Source of the DNA: Armatimonadota bacterium | GTDB taxonomy: Bacteria; Armatimonadota; Fimbriimonadia; Fimbriimonadales; GBS-DC | Assembly: GCA_037445735.1 (NCBI GenBank) | Contig: JBBIJY010000016.1 | Location: 54,402 to 66,696 of the forward strand | Length of the DNA stretch: 12,295 bases | Direction of reading: 5' to 3' | Shown here: positions 1 through 6,943 of the stretch, piece after piece | How the letters are laid out: each line of letters begins with the position of its first letter | Position numbering within the stretch: position 1 is the stretch's first letter | Notes under the pieces: generated by a model | Databases searched by the model: none | Seen by the model: the letters and a program-made list of their open reading frames with translations, nothing else | Told to the model about the DNA's origin: nothing | Translations under genes and position numbers: made by a program

Positions 1-628
1 CGAAACCACCAAAGCCACCGAAACCACCATAACCGCCGAAGCCGCCCATGCCACCGAAACCGCCCAGACCGCCGAAGCCACCCAGGCCGCCAAAACCGCC
101 ACCGAAGCCACCAAAGCCACCAAAGCCGGCACCGAAGCCACCAGAAGACATCCATTCATACTGGGCATAGGAGATCACATTCCCGCCCAGCAGGGTGGCA
201 ATCATCACAGGGTTGGCGGTCATCAGCTGAATCTTTTCGGGCAGGTTCATTTGAGGCGCGGTCTCTTCTGTGGGCGCAGGTGTGGTGGTTGTCGGGGCTT
301 CTTCGGGCTTACGCACGGTGACATAGTAGACGCCGCTCTCGATGCGATAGGTGAGATCGAGCTGGCGCAAAATGGTGTTCAGCGCCACTTCGAACGGCAC
401 ATCGGTCAGCGAGACGGTCACCGTGCCCTGCACCTGCGGATCAATCGAGTAGTTGGCGCCGACACTCTCGAACAGCTGCTTCAGCACATAGCGAATATCC
501 GCCTGGTCATATTTGACCGTGACGCGCTTCTGCGACAGGTCGGGCTGTCCACCGCCCTCCTGCGCCAGCGTAGTGGCTGTGCTCAACAGCAGCCCTGCGA
601 CAATCAGCCCTATCAGTTTGCGTGCCAT
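1..628 (-). CDS. Secreted protein with secretin/TonB N-terminal (STN/N0-like) domain and GGF-repeat region, in the pilQ position; 3' end is outside the window
   Basis: Absent from the ORF track because no stop lies in the window. Manual translation from ATG at 628 (GGAGG 10 nt upstream): signal peptide MARKLIGLIVAGLLLSTATTLA, then KRVTVKYDQADIRYVLKQLFESVGANYSIDPQVQGTVTVSLTDVPFEVALNTILRQLDLTYRIESGVYYV (secretin N0-like pattern), a Thr/Pro linker, then GGF repeats. At least 209 codons, open to the edge. Confidence 0.8.
   Translation of the reverse strand, partial: MARKLIGLIVAGLLLSTATTLAQEGGGQPDLSQKRVTVKYDQADIRYVLKQLFESVGANYSIDPQVQGTVTVSLTDVPFEVALNTILRQLDLTYRIESGVYYVTVRKPEEAPTTTTPAPTEETAPQMNLPEKIQLMTANPVMIATLLGGNVISYAQYEWMSSGGFGAGFGGFGGFGGGFGGLGGFGGLGGFGGMGGFGGYGGFGGFGGF
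2..142 (-). repeat. Coding low-complexity repeat (Gly-Gly-hydrophobic)n
   Basis: 47 codons reading GGFGAGFGGFGGFGGGFGGLGGFGGLGGFGGMGGFGGYGGFGGFGGF, with mixed synonymous codons. Confidence 0.95.
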
Positions 629-677
629 TTTTCATCGACCTCCGTTAAGTTATACGCGCCAGTCGCGTATCGGTTTC

Positions 678-1394
678 TCAGATGCCGGGCGCACCGCCAC
701 CGCGCGGTCCGCGTCCGCCAGACGGTGTGCCAATGCCGGGTGGAGCGCCGGGCACTCCAGGCGCACCCAGACCGCCACCACTTTGAGCGCCGCCCGTGCC
801 CCCCGTGGTGGTGGTTCCGCTGGGCGGTTCGTAAGGTACTCGCACCTCACGCGGATTCCCTTTCGACCGCCGCAGGATAACTCCTTCCCGTGTGATGGCA
901 GCCACCTGAAATTCGCCGACCCGATCGCCGGGGTAAACAATCTGGGGCAACTCACCCTCCTGTTCGAGGATCGCCGAAACGGTCTGCCCAAAGATGAGTC
1001 CTGCCACCCGCCGCTTGGGTTGAGGTTCGTAAGGTTCAGGCAGGTCTATCCTGGGTGGCTTGGGGGGACTGGCAACCACCACGAACGGTGCTCGTGTGAA
1101 GGCATCCGCCTGCTGCGCCTCAACCTCTTCGGGCAGCAGTGCGAAGGGGTCTTTGCGCGGGCGGAAAGGTGGCTGCGGCGCTGCCGGCTGCGCCGGAGGC
1201 GCCATCGCAGTCGCTGGCGGCTGGAACGAAGGCGGCGCCATATCGGGCGGCGGAGCCACAGGCGGTGCCGCCGTCGCAGGTGGCGGCGGTGTCGACTCCC
1301 CACCACCACCTGTCAACAGGAAGATGGCGACAATCGCAATCACCACCAGCAATATCACCGCCACCGCTAATGCTATCTGCGTTTCTTTCTTCAT
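678..1394 (-). CDS. PilP/GspC-like pilus assembly protein with N-terminal transmembrane anchor
   Basis: Follows pilMNO. N-terminal hydrophobic helix, Pro-rich linker, RKDPF (PilP RDPF-like) motif, beta domain VAGLIFGQTVSAILE...IVYPGDRVGEFQVAAITREGVIL resembling the PilP/GspC HR fold, and a Gly-rich tail. Confidence 0.7.
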   Translation of the reverse strand: MKKETQIALAVAVILLVVIAIVAIFLLTGGGGESTPPPPATAAPPVAPPPDMAPPSFQPPATAMAPPAQPAAPQPPFRPRKDPFALLPEEVEAQQADAFTRAPFVVVASPPKPPRIDLPEPYEPQPKRRVAGLIFGQTVSAILEQEGELPQIVYPGDRVGEFQVAAITREGVILRRSKGNPREVRVPYEPPSGTTTTGGTGGAQSGGGLGAPGVPGAPPGIGTPSGGRGPRGGGAPGI

Positions 1395-1417
1395 CCCGTC
1401 TCACTCCCGATAGTGCT

Positions 1418-1426
1418 ATTGTACCA
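1418..1426 (-). promoter_or_regulatory. Candidate extended -10 promoter (TGgTACAAT) upstream of the pilP-like gene
   Basis: TGnTACAAT in the 47-bp pilO/pilP gap, upstream of a GGGAG RBS. Confidence 0.45.
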
Positions 1427-1441
1427 TGCCAGGTTGCCCGC

Positions 1442-2191
1442 TCAGATGCCCGGTCCGGATGGGGGACCGCCACCCGCCGACGGACCAAACCCGCCCAATC
1501 CGCCTGGCGCTGGTGGAGCGCCAAATCCGCCTGGCATGCCACCCCCCGCACCACCGCCGCCCGATGGCACGGGCGGTCCCGCCGGACCTTTCGGGTAGAC
1601 GAACACGGTCAGTGTGTAGCTCCCGATCAGGTTCGGGCTGGTGCCCTGAATTGCCAGCCCGTCCACCAGCACCAGCAGGTTCGGCACATTGTTCCACTGG
1701 CGCACATGGCGCAGTAGCCCTTCGAACGACGATGCACGCACCTGCACCGTGCCCAGCGGAAACACCAGCACCAGCTCCGGAATCTGGTTCGGGTCCGTGG
1801 GCGGGCCAGGCAGCTGCACAGCGTAGAGGCGTTGCACGCCTGTCTTTTCGGGCCACGCCTCCAGCTTCTTGCCGATCTCACGCACCATCTGGTGGTATTG
1901 CACCCACGCCTGCAGGCGATCGGCGAGGCTGATCGTGCTTTTGGGCATGCGCCGCTGGTAGATCACCTGCAGCGCCGCCTCCGACTCTTTGACCTTGCGC
2001 TGGGCTTGTTCCACCAGCCGTCGTGCCTCCGGGATCATCGCGACCTTCTGCTGCAGGCTCTCGTTATAAGTTTCGTGATAGGCAATGTTCTGCGCCGTGG
2101 GGCGAATGCCCAGCAGATAGATAGCCGCGGCGACCACTATCGTGGCGACCAGCCCAATCGATATCCGTGCGAAAAGTGTTAAGCCTTTCAT
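1442..2191 (-). CDS. pilO: PilO-like type IV pilus assembly protein
   Basis: Third gene after pilM and pilN. N-terminal TM helix, coiled coil, C-terminal ferredoxin-like pattern (VQVRASSFEGLLRHVRQWNNVPNLLVLVDGLAIQG...YTLTVFVY), AAGGAG RBS. Divergent, so the call relies partly on synteny. Confidence 0.65.
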   Translation of the reverse strand: MKGLTLFARISIGLVATIVVAAAIYLLGIRPTAQNIAYHETYNESLQQKVAMIPEARRLVEQAQRKVKESEAALQVIYQRRMPKSTISLADRLQAWVQYHQMVREIGKKLEAWPEKTGVQRLYAVQLPGPPTDPNQIPELVLVFPLGTVQVRASSFEGLLRHVRQWNNVPNLLVLVDGLAIQGTSPNLIGSYTLTVFVYPKGPAGPPVPSGGGGAGGGMPGGFGAPPAPGGLGGFGPSAGGGPPSGPGI

Positions 2192-2203
2192 AGCTGGGCT
2201 CCT

Positions 2204-3052
2204 TCAGATACCGACCCCGCCGCGTCCACGCAAGCCACCTCCTGCAGGCGCTGGTGGCGCGCCCATTGGACCGCCCATTGGCGCGGGCATTCCGGGCGCA
2301 CCAGTGGCGCCCGCGCCTAACTGGGCGGGCGGCTGCAACGGCGTAATCGGCTCTTTAAGCATGGCGACCACCTGAAACTGCATCAGCCCGGCGGGCGAAC
2401 CACCCTGACCCGTTGCCGCACCTCCACCTGACATTGGCGCTCCAAAGCCAGGTGGAGGCGGCGGCGCGCCGCCACCGCCTGCCAGACCGCCTATCGTTGG
2501 TCCAGCAGGCGCCGCGCCACCAATGCCGATACCCGGCAACGCACCTGCCTGACCTGCGCCCCCTGTCGCATAGCCAGGTGTCTGCGTGGTCAGGCTCACT
2601 GCCGTAAAGAGCGGGCAACGGTACATGGTTTGCAAATAAAGTCCGATCTCCTTCGGTCCTTTCGTGAAGGCGGTGATCTGCAGCTGGTTCCCCTGAGCCA
2701 CCTGCAGTTGATAGTAGCGCACGCGCGGTGAGGTGTAGCGAGCCACCTCGCTGTAAAGTTCAGGGTAACGCAGGTTGTGTCGCTGCACCATCTTGACCCA
2801 TTCTGATTTCGCCAGCGTGATCTGGGCATTCTGGATCAACTGCTGCGCCTGCTGAACCAGACTATCGACCTGTGCTGCCTGCGCCTCCAGCTGCTGTTTC
2901 TCCTCCTGCAGCTGGGCGAGGCGGCTCTGCGTGCTGATCATCCAGAACACCATCAGCGCGTTCACCACCACGAACAGCAGCACCAGCAGCACCACAACCT
3001 GTCTATTCAGCTTCCGCTGCCGAACATAATCGGGAACAAGGTTCAGTTTCAT
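2204..3052 (-). CDS. pilN: PilN-like type IV pilus assembly protein
   Basis: N-terminal KLNLVP matches the PilM-binding INLLP-type motif, followed by basic residues, a TM helix and a coiled coil. Directly downstream of pilM; GAGGAGG RBS. Confidence 0.8.
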   Translation of the reverse strand: MKLNLVPDYVRQRKLNRQVVVLLVLLFVVVNALMVFWMISTQSRLAQLQEEKQQLEAQAAQVDSLVQQAQQLIQNAQITLAKSEWVKMVQRHNLRYPELYSEVARYTSPRVRYYQLQVAQGNQLQITAFTKGPKEIGLYLQTMYRCPLFTAVSLTTQTPGYATGGAGQAGALPGIGIGGAAPAGPTIGGLAGGGGAPPPPPGFGAPMSGGGAATGQGGSPAGLMQFQVVAMLKEPITPLQPPAQLGAGATGAPGMPAPMGGPMGAPPAPAGGGLRGRGGVGI

Positions 3053-3067
3053 GCTGAACGAACCTCC

Positions 3068-4396
3068 TCAAAAGCACGGGTGCAACGCCATGCCAATCGC
3101 GACGGCAAGCTGATGGGCATGGGCGGCGACATATTCGGGTCCATGCCGTCGCACATTGAGCTGCACGCCCCGAATCGGGTTCGCGACGCTGGTCGGGATA
3201 CCGATGGAGGTGGCGATGAACTGGTCGAGGTTCGGAATGACCGCGCCCCCACCACAGAGCAAGATGTGCTGAATTTCGATCTGGGCGTGGCGGCTGCGGA
3301 AATATTCGACCGAGCGCCGAATCTCGCTGACCAGCTCCTCCAGCAGGGGATAGATCGCCTGAAAGACCTGCACTTTGCGCGCGTCGGTTGCCGGTTGGGG
3401 TGTGGGGAGCGCGCCTTCTTCGGGTGCAGGGGCGGCAGGTGTTTCGAACGGCGACGGCGGCACATCGGGCGCCGTGCCCATGTCGCTCTCAGGTTCGGGT
3501 TGTGGCGGGTTATCCAGTCCTGGCATCGGCGCCGATTCGCTGCCAGCGAACGGCATCCCGCCCGTGGCAGGTGGGATGGTCGGTGCGCTGCCCAGCGTCG
3601 GCGTATAGAAGCCGCCTGGCGTCCCGAACAGGCTGCCTATCGGCACCTGATCCATCAGCACCTCTGCAAATTGCACCTTCAGCTGCTCCGCCTCCGCTTC
3701 GGGCACAATTAATCGCTCGGCAATCGAGCGGCTCAACATATCGCCGCCTGTGGGCAGCACGCGCGGAAAGCTCAATAGACCCCGATCATAGATATCGATG
3801 GAGGTCGCGCTTGCGCCCAGGTTAATCACCACCACCGCGCCCTGTTGCATGTCGGGCTGGCTCAACACGAGGCTGCGCCCCAGCGCCAGCGGCTCCACAT
3901 CGATGGCGTACGGCTCCAGCCCCACCTTATCGGCGATATCGACCAGCCCATCGACGGCATCCTGCTGGGCGACCGCCAGCACCACCTCCATGTTCGGGTC
4001 CTGCGGGTCTTCGTCGGGGCGATGGATAATCTCATAGGCGGACTGCACGCGCGTGTCGGCAAACGGGATGTTGCGCTGGATCTCCCAGTCCATATGGCTG
4101 CGCAGCTCGACAGGGTTCATGCGGGGCACTTCGAGAATACGCACCACGACGGCGTTCTGCCCCGCCAGGGAGAACACCGCCTGTCTGGTGCTGATGCCCA
4201 CATCGGTCAGCAGGCGTTTGAGGGTGGCAGCGACGGCGTTTTTATCGATGACGCCGCTCGCATCCACCGCGCCTTCGGGCGTGGGCGCCAGTCCCACATT
4301 CAGCAGCACAGGCGGTTTGCCCACGCGCACCTCCGCCACCTTGATAAAGCGCGTGCCGATATCGATTCCCACAGCTACGCTCGGTTGCTTCGCCAT
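3068..4396 (-). CDS. pilM: Type IV pilus assembly protein PilM (actin/FtsA-like fold)
   Basis: Start reassigned to ATG 4396 (GAGGAG RBS). Motifs VGIDIGTRFIKVAE, WEIQRNIPF, IDVEPLAL, INLGASATSI, GGDMLS, EIRRSVEYF, LCGGGA, ANP and AVAIGMAL. Confidence 0.93.
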   Translation of the reverse strand: MAKQPSVAVGIDIGTRFIKVAEVRVGKPPVLLNVGLAPTPEGAVDASGVIDKNAVAATLKRLLTDVGISTRQAVFSLAGQNAVVVRILEVPRMNPVELRSHMDWEIQRNIPFADTRVQSAYEIIHRPDEDPQDPNMEVVLAVAQQDAVDGLVDIADKVGLEPYAIDVEPLALGRSLVLSQPDMQQGAVVVINLGASATSIDIYDRGLLSFPRVLPTGGDMLSRSIAERLIVPEAEAEQLKVQFAEVLMDQVPIGSLFGTPGGFYTPTLGSAPTIPPATGGMPFAGSESAPMPGLDNPPQPEPESDMGTAPDVPPSPFETPAAPAPEEGALPTPQPATDARKVQVFQAIYPLLEELVSEIRRSVEYFRSRHAQIEIQHILLCGGGAVIPNLDQFIATSIGIPTSVANPIRGVQLNVRRHGPEYVAAHAHQLAVAIGMALHPCF

Positions 4397-4501
4397 TCGC
4401 TCTCTCCTCACTGTTCGGCAGGAGCCTCTGCTCTCCTGCTGCGCCCTGTTTCGGCAAAAGCACTGGCATTCCTGCCACTTTGCCGATAGGTCAGGATTGT
4501 A
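4397..4501 (-). promoter_or_regulatory. Candidate -10 box (TACAAT, 4496-4501) and structured 5' leader of pilM
   Basis: TACAAT followed by two inverted repeats (4451-4486 and 4418-4439) and the RBS. Confidence 0.5.
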
Positions 4502-4583
4502 CCCCAAACCGTTTCGCGGGCTGCCCCGGATTTCCTGCTTTTTAAGACGGTTGCTGGCTTTTTGAGTCTCGCAAATGGCACTT

Positions 4584-6914
4584 TTATCGCAGTCGCACGA
4601 TGGTGACGCCCTCACCGCCCTGCTCGCGCGGGGCTAACTGGAAGGAGGCGACCTGCGGGTGCTGGCTCAGATAGTCATGCACCGCTTTGCGCAGGGCGCC
4701 TGTGCCCTTGCCGTGCAGAATGCGCACGGTGTCGTAGCCGGTGAGCAGGGCGTCGTCCAGATACTTTTCCAGCAGGGGCAGCGCTTCGTCGACGCGCATC
4801 TGGCGGATGACCAGCTCCTGCGGTACAGGTTGCGGCGGGCGCGGGCGCCTGGGCAGAGTGCGCGGGCGTGCGGGTGGCGGAGCGACCGGCTCCAGTTCGT
4901 CGCGCTCCACCGGGAGGCGCAGCTTGCCGATGAACACCGTCGCTTTGCCCTCAGGGTGCAGTTCGACCAGCGTGCCGACCTGCCCCAGCGAGCGCACGCG
5001 CACCTGCATGCCCGGCGTCAGCTCGGCTGGCGCGGGGGGCGATTCAGTGGGTTCAAGCCGCAGCTGCTCGCGGGCGCGTTGCTGGAGCGATTGCAGTTGC
5101 TCATGGATCGCGACGGTCTGCCTGCTTTCGCGGCTTGCCTGGCGCAGTTGCTGGAAGAGCCGTTCCGCTTCGTCCCGAATCTGTTTGAGCAGGGCTTCCA
5201 GCTCCTGCTGGGCGCGTTCGCGAGCGGTGCGTCGCGCCTGCTCGGCGGCGCGCAGCTCCTGCTGGAGTCGCTCCTCCAGCTGTTTCAGCTGCTCGTTGCG
5301 GGCGTGCCATTCGGCTTCAGCTTGCTCGGCGGCGCGCTGCGCCGCCTCCATCTTGTGCAACATCTGCATGATATCGATCTGCTGGGCGCCCAGCGACTGC
5401 ATGGCAAGCTGCACCACGGGTTCTGGCAAGCCGAGCCGTCGCGCGATTTCGATCGCGTGGCTCGCGCCTGGCACGCCCATGCGCAGCCGATAGGTGGGTT
5501 GCAGCGTCTCCAGATCGAACTCCATCGAGGCGTTCTGCAGCTGGGGATGTTCGTAAGCGAAGGCTTTGAGTTCGCCATAATGCGTGGTTGCCAGCACGCG
5601 CGCGCCACGCTCCAGCAGGCTAACAAGGATCGCGCGGGCGAGCGCGGCGCCCTCCGTCGGATCGGTGCCCGCGCCAATCTCGTCCAGCAGCACCAGACTG
5701 TTCGCCTGCGATTCCTTTAAGAATCGCACGATATGGCGCATATGCCCTGAAAAGGTGGACAGCGACTGTTGCAGGCTCTGTTCGTCGCCAATATCGGCGT
5801 AGATGCCGCGCGGGATGGCGATGTGCGTGCCGTCGCGGGCAGGCAGGTGCAAGCCCAGCAGTGCCATCAGCGTCAGCAGCCCCACCGTTTTGAGCGTCAC
5901 GGTCTTACCGCCCGTGTTGGGTCCAGTGATGAGCAGACCGTTGAACGCGCCGCCCAGTTCGAGATCGATGGGCACGACACGCTCGCGCGGGATCATCGGG
6001 TGGCGTGCGCCGCGCAGTCGCCAGTAGCCGCTGGTGTTGATGATCGGGGCGGTGCAGTCCCAGTCGAGCGCGAGTCGCCCCGCCGCCAGAATCGCATCCA
6101 GCTCGCCCAGCGTTTCAGCGGTCTGCAGCAGGGCATCCGCGTGCGCCTCCACCGCGCGCGAGAGCCCGTTCAGAATGGCTTCGATCTCTTCCTGCTCCAG
6201 CGATTGCAGTTCGCGCAGGCGGTTGCCCAGCTCCACGATTGGCTCTGGCTCCACGAAGAGCGTCGCGCCGCTCATGCTGGTGTCATGCACCAGCCCGCGC
6301 ACGCGCCCGCGAAACTCGCTGCGCACGGGCAGGCAGTAGCGTCCCGCCCGCAGGGTGTAGAGCGGCTCCTGCAGCCAGTCGCGCCATTTGTGGATCAGCT
6401 CCTGCAGCTGTTCGGTGATGCGTTTTTGCAGGCGTTGCTGGTCGCGTCGTAGCTGGGCGAGGCGTTCGCTGGCGGTGTCCAGTATCTCGCCCGATGGCGC
6501 GATGCAGTCGCTGATAGCGCGCTCTAATGCGCTGAAGGTGTGCAGACGGTGCGCGTAAGCCGCCAGTGCGGGGTAGCGTTCGGCGCGGGGCAGCAGATGC
6601 GCTCTGGATTGACGGGCGGTCTGCATCAGCGTGAGCAGTGCAAGCAGTTCGTCAGGCGCGAGCAGTCCGCCACGCGCGGCTTTGTGGATAGCGGGTCGCA
6701 CCTCGCGCATTGCTATCGGGGGCGGCGGCTCGCGCTGCAGCAGGCGCACGGCGTCGTCCGTCTCTTTGAGCCGCTGCGCCACCTGATCGGCATCGTCGCT
6801 CAGCGGTCGCTCGCGGGCACGCTCGCTGCCCAGCGGGGTCTCTGCCCGCCGCGCCCACTCACCCCGCACAAACTCCAGCTCCAGTACCTGCAGGCTGTGC
6901 GCGTCCCACTCCAC
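4584..6914 (-). CDS. mutS2: MutS2 family protein (ATPase plus C-terminal Smr domain)
   Basis: Walker A GPNTGGKT, DIGDEQSLQQSLSTFSGH, LLDEIGAGTDPTEG, TTHY, GVPGASHAIEIA, coiled coil, KOW-like segment and Smr ILHGKGTG. Start most likely GTG 6914 (or TTG 6923), since the ORF-track start overlaps flhF. Confidence 0.96.
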   Translation of the reverse strand: MEWDAHSLQVLELEFVRGEWARRAETPLGSERARERPLSDDADQVAQRLKETDDAVRLLQREPPPPIAMREVRPAIHKAARGGLLAPDELLALLTLMQTARQSRAHLLPRAERYPALAAYAHRLHTFSALERAISDCIAPSGEILDTASERLAQLRRDQQRLQKRITEQLQELIHKWRDWLQEPLYTLRAGRYCLPVRSEFRGRVRGLVHDTSMSGATLFVEPEPIVELGNRLRELQSLEQEEIEAILNGLSRAVEAHADALLQTAETLGELDAILAAGRLALDWDCTAPIINTSGYWRLRGARHPMIPRERVVPIDLELGGAFNGLLITGPNTGGKTVTLKTVGLLTLMALLGLHLPARDGTHIAIPRGIYADIGDEQSLQQSLSTFSGHMRHIVRFLKESQANSLVLLDEIGAGTDPTEGAALARAILVSLLERGARVLATTHYGELKAFAYEHPQLQNASMEFDLETLQPTYRLRMGVPGASHAIEIARRLGLPEPVVQLAMQSLGAQQIDIMQMLHKMEAAQRAAEQAEAEWHARNEQLKQLEERLQQELRAAEQARRTARERAQQELEALLKQIRDEAERLFQQLRQASRESRQTVAIHEQLQSLQQRAREQLRLEPTESPPAPAELTPGMQVRVRSLGQVGTLVELHPEGKATVFIGKLRLPVERDELEPVAPPPARPRTLPRRPRPPQPVPQELVIRQMRVDEALPLLEKYLDDALLTGYDTVRILHGKGTGALRKAVHDYLSQHPQVASFQLAPREQGGEGVTIVRLR

Positions 6915-6943
6915 AAGGTCCAATCTTACCCGACGGCAGCCCG

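Noticed and set aside
4451-4486. c-di-GMP-I (GEMM) riboswitch call
   Set aside because: GGCAAA and a GNRA loop are present, but the following GACGCAAAG-like junction and the tetraloop-receptor stem are not recognisable; kept only as an unclassified structured leader.
4576-4591. Sigma-54-like TGGCAC-N5-TCGCA on the plus strand
   Set aside because: It points antisense into the 3' end of mutS2, overlaps its stop codon and has no plausible downstream gene, so it is probably chance.
4397-4615. N-terminal extensions in the ORF track (pilM from 4615; likewise mutS2 7136, flhF 8473, fibre 11343)
   Set aside because: They overlap neighbouring genes or regulatory DNA and lack family similarity; the downstream starts fit family N-termini and mostly have a good RBS.
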